Shown here: positions 11,316 through 25,270 of the stretch, piece by piece
Position numbering within the stretch: position 1 is the first letter of the stretch
Layout: every line of letters starts with the position of its first letter
DNA from: Eledone cirrhosa
Taxonomy: Eukaryota
Length of the DNA stretch: 64,000 bases
NCBI GenBank assembly: GCA_964016885.1
Contig: OZ024745.1
Coordinates: forward strand, 52,948,001 to 53,012,000
Direction of reading: 5' to 3'
Notes under the pieces: generated by a model
Database searches by the model: none
What the model was told of the DNA's origin: nothing
The model's input: the letters and a program-made list of their open reading frames with translations, nothing else
Program-made: the position numbers and the translations under genes

Positions 11316-14007
11316 ATATATATGATACATATAACGATAGTTGGTTGTACTTCGTATTATGAAGGAATGACCCTTCGACATTTGAACATGCATGTAAAAG
11401 AAGTAAATGTATATGCAAGGTTTACGGAAGTCACTGATAGGAATCAATAAGTTTGCAGTATTGAAACTGCATCTCGATGTTCTGAGTGCACACATATTAG
11501 TTAATAGCAAGTGTTGTGGGTGTCTTTTGGTAAAGACACCTTACGTATCTACATTCTGACTTTACTTCAACTTCCTGGTCTATAAATATATTATTTGGGA
11601 TGACGCTGTCGTCTCAGATTCTACTTTAACATTTTTTAATTATCAGAAATGGTAATTAGTTTCAATATATATTGCCTCAAACATGGATGCCTTGCGTTGG
11701 TACAAAAAAGGATCTATAGTTGTGTGATAGGAGGAGGGGTTCAGCTACCTTACGAAATACCAGCATATCAATATGTGATTTATAAAATTTAATAATTAAA
11801 TACAGAATATAATTAACATAAGCTGAATTATTGTAGCATAGCGTGCATAACAGAGGATGCGTGGGCGTTCTAATTAAGCGTATTTAATGTAGGATGCAAG
11901 TATAATGTTTGAAGATGTGATTCAAAATATAGAGTAATTTAATACAAATGAAAAGTAAAATAACAGGTAAACCAAAGTTCTGCAGGTTAGAATGGGCCAA
12001 TATTAACAAATAGAATTAAAAGGAAAAGATGCATACATACACCCACATTTATACCATCTTAGAGAAGGAAATATTTTTTTAATGAAATAGATATAAACAA
12101 ATACTTAGATTAGAATCGAAATGCGTTCGATACCTACGTCATACAAATATTCACGGGCTCATGCATGTATGCACTTATTCACTCACCTCTGCTGAAACAC
12201 ATGAGACAACCAGTTGTTTCTCTCATTTCCAAGTTACATTTCCTCACCATTCAAGGATACTAGGTAAAACAGTCATTGAGAATTTTCTTTCAGAAAGTTC
12301 ATGATGAACATACAAACACAAAATATACCAACGCGAGGCGAGAGACGTGCCCACAGATGATCGTATATCATGAATTATTTATTCACGTGACTCCAATGCT
12401 GACAATGATCAGAGATTTGTCGAACGTGACATGCCTTCCACGAACCTGTTCCATAAATATAAACATTGGTAAAACTACGCTCAACTTGCACGAACGCCTC
12501 AAAATAAAAAAAACTGTGCAACAATAATCTAGTACAAAATTATGACATGCCAAAATTTTAACCGAAAATCTGCATCGGCATCTCACATTTATATAGAATG
12601 CAGATGAAGACAAGTTGCTCTGACAGCATAGGTCAATCAGCTTTTAACGGGGGTCTTGATATATATTATGATCAACAACTTCATTAAATATAATATATTT
12701 TAACATTGTATCTGGATAGATACCTATAATTTAGGAAATGAGTTTTTCGCAAGTTTGAAATAAATGAACTGTAGCTGAATTTTAGGTTATAAAAGTTAAA
12801 AAATATATGCCACTAGTATATTTAATATACAACATGTTGTCCGCTCACAAGGCCTTCATTCTTGATAGTATTCTGTTATAGTCAGTCACTTTAGTTATTT
12901 TGTCTTCTATAACATGATTTTGATGTGCACCTCTGAATAGATTATCTGTTTTGTTAATGTTTATGTAAAATGCACAATATAGAAAAACAAAATCTCATTA
13001 CACACTTTGAATCGACGTATTTTCATTGAGCCGCCTGAATGAAATTTGCATACTGCTAACTGTTAATTAACAAAAAGCACTCGTTCTTTTTGTAATGTAA
13101 CATTTAAACCTAAACAAATTATACTTTGGTTTTAGTTGAACTTTCCAAGAATTAGATTCAAATCTTGGGAGGTTTCTCTTCTCAAAGTTTCAGCGTTATC
13201 ATTAAATCTTAGAATATGGCAACTTTTAACAGAAAGTCTATTGCATACAGTATATCGATATTCGTTGCGAAACCAATAAGAGTGAAATGTTAAGGTGTTA
13301 AGTTAGTCTTCCTAAACTATGCTGAAAACATCGCCAGAGCATTCTTGTTGCCAGACGAATTACATTTGCAAAGAAAGACATAGCAGCGAATATAAAAGTA
13401 TGTGAAACTTCATTTAAACTTAGGTTATCTTAGATTGCTTCTCTTATATCAGCCGAAAAACTATAAAATATTTGTCTATTTGTTCGTTTTATTTTATATA
13501 TGAACAAAATCTAATCGTTTTAGGTTTGAATGCAATCATATAATGTTACAACAGCTCTGCAGTAACAGATGCGCTTTATTGAAACAAACACAAACTATAC
13601 TCATCTTCAAATTTAGTGGGTTATAGATGATTCCTATTATTGTCTTCTATACAGGATCACACAAATACACGATAACGAACAATACCACCTGAGACATAAA
13701 TAAAACCATAACAAGTATAATCCACGAGTAGAGACGTAATATATGAGAAATAAGAAACAGTGATAGATCAACCTTTAATATATGTTCGAGCGTGTTTGTA
13801 AGAGCATGTGCCAGTTGAAGAGTGAGTGTGTATATGCGGTGTGTGAGTGCATGTGCGTGATGTGTCTGTGTGTCAGTGTTGTGTGTGTGTGTGTGTGTGT
13901 CTATGTGTGTGTGTATGTATTCGGAGATTTGTAGCTGAATAGAATCTAAAAGAGTGAAATGCTCTGGGACGAACATACTCAGGTTAACGACCTCATATCA
14001 TTTACTC

Positions 14008-14195
14008 GGTGGTGAATTGGCAGTATCGGTAGAGGGTTGGACGCCATGCTTTCTACCATAGTTACGTCCTATTACGGTCTGAGTTCAAATCCTGTTGAGG
14101 TTAACTTTGCCTTTCATCCTTACGGGGTCCAGAAAATAAAGTACCAGTAATGTACTGGGTTATTGCTGGCCTTGTGCCAAAAGAAGAAACAATCA
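14008..14195 (+). mobile_element. tRNA-derived SINE
   Basis: Same family; TSD ATCATTTACTCGG. Confidence 0.9.
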
Positions 14196-14367
14196 TTTAC
14201 TCGGCTATGCGAGTGAAACTTTTGAAGGAGACTCGAGCAAAATATGGTACGAAGTAGGGAAAAGAAAAAGAGGACAAAACGAAGGAGGAAAAGGGAGAAA
14301 AGAACAAAATATACGAAAAAGAAAATTCGAGTAATGAAAAATAAAACAGGAAGAAGATAGTAAAAGT

Positions 14368-14589
14368 AATATTGGTTTCTTATATATAGGAACAAGCCCA
14401 GCAATTTTGGGGAGGGGAAAATCGATTATATCGACCCCAATGCATGATTGGTACTTTATTTTATCGACCCCATAAGGATGAAAGGCAAATTTAACCTCGG
14501 CAGGATTTGAGCTCAGATCATAAAGAGCCATAACTCTATTTTGCAAAGCATGGCGTTTGACCCTCTACCGATACTGCTGATCCACTGCC
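14368..14589 (-). mobile_element. tRNA-derived SINE, longer subfamily
   Basis: Same head and body with an extra GGGGAGGGGAAAATCGATTATATCGACCCC segment. Confidence 0.85.
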
Positions 14590-14722
14590 CAGATGGTAAA
14601 GGTAATATTAATCCAGTATGTAAATAACTACAGAAAAATAACGAAGTATTAAACATGAAATCGACGTTAGCTATAGAGGTGAAAAAGAAACAATTTAGCC
14701 CATCGTCTCTGGCTAACATGTT

Positions 14723-14853
14723 TTAACTTGAACTAAGACTTAAACGATTACTTCGGGGGTGTTATTAACCTGACATTTCTCCACCAATATTACAGGAAAC
14801 CGTGTTAGGTTAATAGATACCCTGAAGAAATCGTTTGTCTTAGTTCTTGTTTA
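14723..14853. repeat. ~130-bp imperfect hairpin (MITE-like)
   Basis: GAACTAAGAC..AAACGATT.CTTCGGGG..TATTAACCTGACA pairs with TGTTAGGTTAATA..CCCTGAAG.AATCGTTT.GTCTTAGTTC. Confidence 0.75.
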
Positions 14854-15757
14854 ATAAATGGTTTCGGTCAATGTACCTCTTTCTATTAGAGATTTGAAGG
14901 CACTCCAGTAGTTCACTTTTTAGTGAGCTGTATCTACTTCTTTTTACGAATAAATTGCAATTGTTTCCGTATATAGGGGTATCCCCAAATTGTTGACATG
15001 TTACGTTGATGTTATTGGTAATGACGTTAAAAGGCCAAGCACAAAGTCATAGGTCGTGTTTAATTTCATTCTAGATTTTAATATCCATATATATATTGTC
15101 AAACTCCTGAATGTTAAGCAGATGAAATTAATTCGGTATTTAATTTAGTTTCTTATTCATTTCACTCGTTGATCAATTCTTGAAAAGTGAGTCATATTTT
15201 GGAGCAATATTACTGAAACATCCCAGCTTTGGAATAGTCCTATCAGACATTTAGCAGATTGTCAATTCCACTTTCTGTTTCGGTTATATTTATTACTGAT
15301 GGGTTCGTATTAATCAGCTTATTTTACTCATATTTTACTAATATTTATATAATATTTATAAGTAGATTTAATACACCTCGTTATATGAAATTTGAAATAT
15401 ATACAGCCTAACACAAATTACCATAATCGTCGGTCACCACAAATAAAGAATATATTGGGTTAATGGTTGTGGGAATACACAAGATTCATTCATATTTGTA
15501 GATGTTAATTGTAAATTTTTATGGGGCGATAATATAGAGTTAACTATGTTTGTGATCAATATGTGGTTGGTAAAGATATTATTCGTGTACAAATACATAA
15601 AAAATAACATTTTTTGTGTTTCACATTATTTACATATGTGCCTAATACTGTTTTGCATGCTAATAAGCAGGAACAGTCGTTTGTCTTTCAATATCGAATT
15701 CGTTATACTCAATATATTGCGTACTGACAAATTATTCTAAAAATAACTAAGTAAATA

Positions 15758-15996
15758 AATAGGAATGTACTTGAAGTGTATGCCAACTCACGCAAAATCA
15801 AACACACACAGACACATAAGCATACACCGAAAGGTATATATGTGTGATATGGGGAGGGGATTGTGTTCAATTATATAGAAATATATTCACAAAGTATATA
15901 AATAAGAATGTTCTTGAAGTGTATGCATATTCTCACAAAAACAAATACACGCAGCCGAAGGTATATGTGTGGTGTGGGGAGGGGATTGTGTTCAAT
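15758..15996 (+). repeat. Imperfect tandem duplication, period ~143 bp
   Basis: GAATGT.CTTGAAGTGTATGC...GGGGAGGGGATTGTGTTCAAT occurs twice. Confidence 0.8.
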
Positions 15997-16346
15997 GATA
16001 GCAAAAAAAGGATTTAGTGATAATAACAAAAGTCATTATATAGACAACACAAAATAATATTTATGCAATTATTATGAAGTGAGGTCGGTTAAAATCACTG
16101 GCGTTGAAGATATAGAATTATGTGATTAAGGAAACTACAAAAATGTTCTGTACAATCATTCACGTCACATGTTGAGGCTTGATATCTAACCAATTCCAAA
16201 TAATATAATACAGAGTGTTAGTTCTCTTCAGATGGTAACTGTGGAAATAATTCCAATCCTAAATTCCTGCCGTTGACTATCGTATATGTCCTTGTGATTA
16301 TATCATCAAACTACCTATACAATTCTTTTCCCACTATCTATCCAGC

Positions 16347-16459
<113 letters not shown>

Positions 16460-16843
16460 AAACATATATATATATATTTATATATATATACAAATGGAAG
16501 TACAGCATAATCGAAGCTCTGGCTGCAGCTAAGCTAACGATTGCAATCGGAATGTACAGCTAAGCACTCAATAAGGTATTTTACCTTAGATTTATAACAT
16601 TACGTTTAGACAGCTTTGCAAATTGAAGACAGCGACCGGTAAGCCAGCCGCAGGCACCAAAGCAACGAGAAAACTAACTCAGGTTAATTTGACAAACCTG
16701 GACCATCGCGTCGATATTATGTCATATCTCCGCTAGGTTTCTGTGAATCCGAAATGACCAAAATCCACTTGCGGGGCATGTAAGTTATTGGTTTTGGAAG
16801 AGCGTACAGAGGATTCACTTTATATATATATATATATATATAT

Positions 16844-16874
<31 letters not shown>

Positions 16875-17758
16875 CGCACAAACATACACACAAGCAGGCA
16901 TATATATATATGGATGTATGCATGTATGCATGTATGCATGTACATATGTATGCATGCGTGTGGGTGTGTGTTGTATTCATAGATACATATTCAATAGTTT
17001 CAATTTATACATCATAAAACCGTACGGTACACATGACACATATTTGCGACCAGAATATATAAATGAAGTATTAACAATTTGAAGTAAACTATTGCATGTG
17101 TGTGTTTATTCATGGCAAAATACCGTGAGTAATTTGCCCTCATAGGCAAACGAACATACAGGCTCTCACACCCACACCGCATACCCACACGTGCGTGCAC
17201 ACACACAAATCGATTTTGAATCTATATTTATATGTAAACATGAGACCATATATGCTCGATTTGCTTGTAAACATAGATTACCATATATACATATAAATCT
17301 ATCTATCTAAGGTCTAGGTATGTATAAAATAGAATTTATGCATACTAGCGTGCGTGTGTTTGCGCGTGAGTTTTGTACATGTGTCTGTATCACTATATGC
17401 ACGCTACGCATATATATGTTTTCATGCATAGGCATATGCAACGACACACATACATATATATATGTGCGTGTGTGTGTGTTTGTCGAATATCCTGTGAAAC
17501 TCAAGTGTAACAAGACCACTCACTTAGTCATAATACACAATAATATATACATACACACACACACATACACACAGACACACACACACACACATACACACAC
17601 ACATACACACACACATATATATATATACCACCAACTACACAAACGAAGACGGGTGAACTGCACTACATTTAGTACTCTCCATAATATTACATGAAGATTG
17701 ACCATACGGAATGACCAATTCTATCCAGTGGACCAAAAAACCTAAATAAATATATATA

Positions 17759-18533
17759 TTCATAGGAGCCTTTATTCTTATAGCCTAGTCTAATTGATTT
17801 TTTTATATGGTTAATTATGCTAATTGGGAGAGGAAATGGTATATATTTTATCTAATAATTCTAAGGACATGATTTATGATATATTGCTCTGATTATTTAA
17901 TTTATTAATTATTCATTGAATCACATCGTGACCGGTTGCCACACTGTATCTGTGACTTTATGTATATGTAAATCTTTATATTTAATAATCTCCCGTTGGG
18001 TTGAGATGCAATTGGGCGATATTGGGCTGCGCTTTCTAGCAACCAGCCTACTCGCCGTAAGCAACTAATCACATTCTTTCTAACTTGACCACTGCCATGT
18101 CACGATTCTTAGCCATTTTTTGAATCCATTTCTGGCGCGATCACTTTGGAAAATTAACTGTCCGATTGAGTTTGTCTCCTGATGAGTTCGTTACTCTAGA
18201 TTCATCCTTAATAATAGGATATCTCAAAATATGAACGAAACCATGGTTTAGATGTAATTACGGTATGTACATGTTTCTTCTAACTTTAAATTTATACCTA
18301 ATTGTGTATGGTTGACGGTATATTTAGTCAGTTTCTACATGCTGTTGAAATGTTGGGTAAATACCCTATTGTGGTCAACCGCGAAGAGGCCGCTTTCGGT
18401 TATTTATCAAATATTTCTTCATGGGAGCCTTCATTCTTATAGCCTGGTCTAATTGATTGTTTATATGGTTAATTATGGTAATTGGGAGAGGAAATGGTAT
18501 ATATTTTAACTAATAATTCTAAGGACATGATTT

Positions 18534-18535
<2 letters not shown>
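17759..18535 (+). mobile_element. 1.2-mer element in (TA)n: 659-bp unit with ~118-bp terminal direct repeats and an internal HHR
   Basis: 17759-17877 is repeated at 18418-18535, both sides abut TA repeats, and the HHR lies at 18173-18254. Confidence 0.8.
18173..18254 (+). ncRNA. Minimal hammerhead with palindromic CATG loop III
   Basis: TGTCTC-CTGATGA-GTTCGT...ATGAAC-GAAA-C-CATG-G-TT^TAGATG. The first stem I pair is a mismatch. Confidence 0.7.
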
Positions 18536-18584
<49 letters not shown>

Positions 18585-20384
18585 ACATATATCCGTGTGT
18601 GTGTGTGCTAGTGCATGTCCATATTTTATATCTGCTGATGCTAGAGTGAATAAAACTGTTTAGCATCTCAATTGTTTATAGCAGTGATCTAGTGTTTGTA
18701 CTTGCTTTTATTTCCGGTTTGAAATTTGAATCCCACCATATAAGAAATGGCTTGTTATTAGCGACTGTTTGACGCATGTAGTGGAATCGTGCCGTTGAAT
18801 TGATCAGTTTTAATTAGCTGTTGAATACTAACCACATTGGGAATGCGCACTATGATGACGATGATAACATTGATGATCGTAGCTGTGGTGGCGACTGTTT
18901 TGGTGTTGCAGAATTCACTGTTAGGAAGAAATATTGACCTATTAAAATAAGCTTCACATGCTAAATGGTTAGAAACTCGGCAAACTAGAAGATATAATAA
19001 TCAATATGAAACATATCTTGCAATGGTAGATTACAAAATCATTGATCTCCTCTAGGAAAATACTAGATCAGAAATTGTCCTGGCAATGATGGATTACAAG
19101 TGTATTAGATGGAAAAGCAACTGACCTCGTACCACTAAAGAATTATTGAAAGATTACATTACATGATTACTATGTGATTCAGAATATTTGTTAGAAAGGA
19201 TGATGCAAGATATGGCGTTACTGCTTTTGAAGACATCCACACAAATGCAGACTATCCTATTTTGGATATCAGAATTTGTTGGTATGAATGCGGAATTTTT
19301 CTGGCGGGTCTTACACTAACTATAATTCATGCGTATATATGCCGACATCATTTGGTAGTATTTGAATTGTTTTCATTAAAAAAAGTTAAATGTTTCATAC
19401 ATTTTGTTATATGAGTGGCCATAAAAACAAACGCAGTTGTCTCATTGATAGCTAATTATCGATTGTCTCGCCAACGTGTTCTTCTTTGCATATGTGGAAT
19501 TCGTAATGTTCATCTGTAAAGTGTACATTTTCATTTCGTTTAAGGATGAGGTTTACTGTTTCTGTGCGTCTAAAGTCTGTCTTAAGCCAGAAGACTCGTT
19601 AGACCGGAGCTTATCCCGGTTCCATGGCGTGAAGTGACTGAGATTACAAGACGTATGCACTATTTACAAATATCAAATATTACCGAGAAATTCTTAAAAG
19701 GAATATCAATTTTTGTGGATAGAAGCTCCATTCGGTCTTTCGTAAACGAACAGAAATAGAAAAGAACGATATGGGATGTTGGATAAAACTAGATGTGAGG
19801 GGTTGAGCTGAGCAGGAGCGGGATAGACCCTAGGCGTAAGTTGGATCAGAAGTATGATATATAATCAAGACTACAATTACTTGAAAGAAAACCGCTGGGC
19901 TGAAATCTTATATAATTTCAACATGTTCATAGTTATATTGAAACGTGTACAAAATTTGTGGACTAGATAAAATATCGGCCAAAACTTAATATACGTTTTG
20001 AAAGAGATGTTGAAAGTTTGTATTAGTTCGAAATAAACAGAGAATACCGAGATTTCACAGACGTTCGAGTTTAATTGTGTTTCGGTTACATTTCATTTAA
20101 TTGTTTTTCGCTTTGATCACCGATTTGCTGGTACACGCCGCTCTACTATCGGTCCTCTCACTTCCTATCTCTTCCTCTTTTAAGCTACTGCATGGGGCGG
20201 GACATAGTTACAATTTTAAGCCACGATCAGTTAGAATATTCCTTCCTTGTAAGATAACGAGGACATTTCTATCCTCACGTAGAAGGTACATAACATGGCT
20301 TTTCTTATTATAAAGAATCAGTCCTGTTCTGTGATTAGTCAAAAAGCTTCAAACTAATTGTAAAGCTAGTTGGGGATTGTTTGA

Positions 20385-20449
<65 letters not shown>

Positions 20450-20450
<1 letters not shown>

Positions 20451-20530
20451 GGGGAGTATAACGCGAAGTTAATGTAGGATCTCAGATCGAAACTTGAGTT
20501 GATCAGTAGCGAAACGCGCGTCACCAACCA

Positions 20531-20532
<2 letters not shown>
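20450..20532 (+). mobile_element. Fragment of family F (3' half of an HHR) in (TA)n
   Basis: AGATCGAAACTTGAGTTGATCAGTAGC-GAAAC-GCGC-GTC-ACCAACCAAT matches 40668-40716. Confidence 0.75.
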
Positions 20533-20562
<30 letters not shown>

Positions 20563-20590
20563 GTAATAATAATAATAAATTGACTTTGTT

Positions 20591-20641
20591 AGTTTCAGAA
20601 GATCCCGTTGAGGGTGAAAGCAGCGATTCATTGCTTAAACT
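20591..20641 (+). ncRNA. Hammerhead-like motif with CAGAAGA core
   Basis: AGTTT-CAGAAGA-TCCC-GTTGA-GGGT-GAAA-GCAG-CGATTCA-TTGC-TT^AAACT; all three stems pair. Confidence 0.65.
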
Positions 20642-23600
20642 TTATCTGTTATTTTAATAAATATATATATATATATATATTCTAAATTAGACTGTCTTGA
20701 TCTACGTTACCATAAACTGCCTTTACTTCTAATGAAATGAAACACATTCATCCTTTCAGTTGCTTTGTGTTTATGATGAACGTGCAGTGTGTACATTCCT
20801 TTGAAATCCAATGTGTGATTTGGAGGAAATGTATTTGTTTCCGTTAAATAGAATAATCTATAACGTACAATTTAGCATTTTAGATGAATTAATTAGTAGA
20901 GCCGTAGGACGGAATGATCTAGAAGATTGGTAATTGGGTTTATTTGGTATTATTAACGTATGGGTTAATTTAAATATATGGAGTTTGTTGAAATTTAATT
21001 ATATATTTAAGTTTAGCTTGTATTATATTTCATGTTTCATTAAATATTAAATTAAATATTCCATGTCCAATAACTCATCTTTAACTGATAGCAGCGCTTA
21101 TTTAATAATCACAGTAAAACTTATATTTCGAGTGAGCGGGTGATTCCCTGATTTTAATATTTGTTTTGTAAACAAACTGTTGGCAAAAATCAATTCCACA
21201 AATAACGACTAGAATCTGGAAGTGTCTGATATCATCTCACTAGTGTGATAATATGTTAATAGCTCTTGATCTGCGTGAGAGATTTCGGTTTGATAAGTGT
21301 GTTGTATATCCTTCAAATGTGGCCCATTGACTCCAAGGTAGCCTTTCGGTGTGGTTATATTTGCCTTATATCCTTCTCTATTTATGTAATTCATAACTGG
21401 AATCTGTTGGATGATATTCCCATTGTTTAATGATCAGTCATCTCTGTTCTTAGTTGTTTTAATGTTTCACTCCACCAAACATTATTGTAGCTGCCACCTT
21501 TATTATTTTTATCATTTTTAATCGAATTGGAATACGTAATAGTTGCTTTCACAGTAATTGTCTGGCATTTTGTCGATAAAGAGTTGTAGACTTGTTTTTA
21601 ATACTTCAGCTGATTGGATATTGATGCATCTATGTATCAAAATAATTAGCAAAATTATTCAATGTGAAATTGATATTTTCTTACTGTAGATTTGTTTTAT
21701 TTGTTTGGCAATTCGTATTGGTTAAAGTAATTGTAATAGTAAATGTACTGCAAGTCTTCTCATACCTTGATCCATTGGTCAAATTTCTAACTTTCCTTGA
21801 AATTCGATAGGGAAAAACAAATGATCTGTTGGGTAAGCTCTTTATTAAGATATCTGTAGTTAGTGTAGAACGAAATTAGATGTAAAAATAAAAATATATT
21901 CATATGCTCTAAGGAATATTCGCCTTATTTTACAACATTCCTTTTTCTGTTGTTGGTATTCTGCAATGGATAGTTTGCATTAAAATGCTCCGAAACGAGG
22001 ATTTTCCTTTGGGGATTCAATTTTGCTAGGGAATTTTAATATTTTAATATTTCTTCTTTGAGGGTTATAAATATTTGGCTTTCTGGTGTACACTTTTATA
22101 ATATCTATGAAGTTACACTCAGCTTGTATTACTAGAAATTCTGATCTAATCACCTTGATGTATATTGCAGTGGATATAACAAAAGAAAATTATTTGTATT
22201 CACTTTTTTTGATTTTCCAGTCGTTTACTAACGATTCTTATAAACTGAAACATCAGCCTTAGCATAATAACAGTGGGAAAATCAGAATAAACCAGGTCAA
22301 ATATATCTTTATATGTGATGCATTAAATTATTTTGATATTACGCCTCTCAGAAAAAAAAATATTAGTTAGGTAGTGGTATTGTTTGATACGTAAATGCGC
22401 AAGCGAAGAAGAAGCTAGACCAGCAGCAGACAAATTCAGCTTCATATCGTTAGAAACATACAAATGAAAACAGTGACATTCCGTCCAATGGTAGAGAAGC
22501 AATGTGCACATTGAATTTGGACAATACACGTACAAAAATAGTCTGCAAATTTCCACATCGCCAGAAATAAAGACGACCTCACCTGATGCAAATTATTCTT
22601 ATGCAAAGAAACAGCCGGTATTCGCGCCTCAATTCAAGCATAACAAAAATAGAGTAAATGAAATTGATAGGAATATATTTCCATGCTGCATGCATATTTT
22701 ACAGATATACTCAGTCCTACAATCAAGAAGACTAAAATATACATGTATATATGAGAGAAGAGAAAATAGCTCTACGCTAAAAGTACATTTGGATCTCACC
22801 GGTGTAACTAATTTGAGGCGAAACACACTTAAAACTAAATATATATAAAGATATCAAAATAGAACAAAGAAGGAAAATGAAAAAAATATATAGAAAAAAC
22901 ATAAAACATGTAACCAATATGTAAACGCTAGACTATAAATATTCAGATCATATATCCCAACGTTAAAGCTTATACAATCAAACGAAATACAAATCACAAG
23001 AAAATCGAAACTTGCCACAACAAAAGAATATTGGCCAACGTAAGTGCAACAAGAATTTCATTTACACATCTTTTTTATATCTATTAACCACCTTCAGTCT
23101 CTATTTCCCCTCATTTAATGTGCGGCGTTATTTACACTAATTGTATTTTTACCATAGAAGAGCCATACAAGAATGAATAATGGACTGGATATATGGGTAC
23201 CTGTGAGCATATATATACGAATATATAGATGTAATTATTCTAATTTAGCCATATACATCATGCAAACTAACATCCTGCTTTTCATCCTGCGTAAGCATAC
23301 TATGTTACTCAACAGAGGATTATCTGCTTGTTGGTTGTTACCAGAGTATCTGATGCACTTTATGTTTCTCTAAGTTTCTCAAACAGTAAATAAATTGACT
23401 GGACAATCCACTTTATAAAAACTCTAAGACCCGTAGATTGTTATTCAAACCATACCGAAATATAACTTAACACAAACCGCACCTTATTCCTCTCCAAAAG
23501 AACCTATCCCAACACTTGCTCAAATTCAATATTTACTTTCCAGGGTAAAATGTGTAGTCATATATTTGCACATATGTAGATTCTATTCTACTTATCTCTC

Positions 23601-24888
23601 ATTTCATGTTACTCTTACTCGGAATTTCATGTCCCTGTTCCTTGAAATACTTCTGCCGTTTTCCAAACACTATCAGTCATCCACAACCTCTCATCTGTAT
23701 ATGTTCATGTATTGAGGGGAACTATCGAATGCACACTTCTATGATGTCATCGTTATTTACGACTGCAACGTTCACAGCTTTTTTTAGCACTCTCATTTAC
23801 GCTGCAACAGACACGATTGTCAACATATCTCATCCACAAAACATATCTCATCCACAAAATCCATGTTGCATATTAAGTAGGAATAAAACTCCAGTAAAAA
23901 ATCATCCCTATTTTGAAGGTGAGATCCTATTTTGAAGGTGAGATGCACCGCCTTTAAAATTGTAAGCTATACTTTCGACATTTTGCCTACAGACTTTTAC
24001 TTCTTTACAGATTCCACCTGTTCTCCACCTTTCAAGCATTATTACTCTGTTAAGAGATTCACTGCATAGAAAGTGTCCCGGCATATGTTATCTGTTTGCA
24101 TTTAGATTCACAGGACATACACTGCTCAATCCTTTCTGAAACTATGGCATTTCCCACATTCACAAGATTCCACAACATACTCTCATACATAGACATAGTG
24201 GAAATCTCCCCATTTGATTCAAACGGGCAATGACAGTGTGGCATATACGATGCCTCAAATTTACTCCAAATCGCTACACCACATACCTATTCAATAGATG
24301 TAATTCTATGTATCTCCTTTCGCCAATGACATATTCTGTTCTAGATAAATACACCCTAGTCTCTTTCTCAAGAAGAAAACATTCTAGCTTTACAAATTAT
24401 CTCACTAATATTCACCATCTCAAACGTGATGTTCTGAAAGATTATCAACAACTTCACCATGAGTCTTCTGACAATATTAGGTGTCATTCAACAGTAGGCT
24501 TCTGTGGATCACAACATCAGCAACGATTCTGTCTGTTAAATGTGGGTTTCTAGTGAGATTGCATCAGTGGTATCGAGCGCTCTGGCAGCTGGTGTGCAAG
24601 TGATGTGTATTTTCCCCGACACACTCATATACACCAATGACTAAGTTGCCAATATTTCCAGCTATATCAATAGGGATGTAGATGATGCTACTCTTCATTC
24701 GATCTTGAGCCTCTAGCTAAAGCTTCCCCTATATGCTAGTGAGACATCTCACAACTAATACTGGGTTGTCAAACGAAGCCTCGAAATTAGTCAATCCTAT
24801 CCACTTCAACAATACAAAGAGAGAAGCATTAAATACATAGATATATAAAGACACACTTTTGCCTGTGTGTGAAACATTATTACATCTC

Positions 24889-25270
24889 GGTGGATTGGCA
24901 GTATCCGTAGAGGGTCGGACGCCATGCTTTCCAGCATAGTTACGTCCCTTTACGATCTGAGTTCAAATCCCGCCGAGGTTGACTTTGCCTTTCATCATTA
25001 CGGGATCGATAAAATAAAGTACTAGTAATGCACTGGGTAATGCTGGCCTTGTGCCAAAAGTAGAAACAATTATTACGTCTCGGTGGTTTGGCAGTATCGG
25101 TAGAGGGTCGGACGCCATGCTTTGACGCATTGAGTTACGGCCCTTGCCATTCTGAGTTCAAATCCCGCCGAGGTTAACTTTGCCGTTCATCCTTACGGGG
25201 CCGATAAAATAAAGTACCAGTAATACACTGGGTATTTGCTGGCCTTGTGCCAAAAGTAGAAACAATTATT
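24889..25270 (+). mobile_element. Two tandem SINE copies (24889-25072, 25082-25270)
   Basis: Same family. ATTATTAC(A/G)TCTC occurs before, between and after the copies. Confidence 0.9.

Noticed and set aside
12243-12450. Possible minus-strand exon (ACAG acceptor ~12450, GTGAG donor ~12247; ...MTVLPSILE)
   Set aside because: No recognisable protein and no partner exons; splice-like motifs alone are insufficient.
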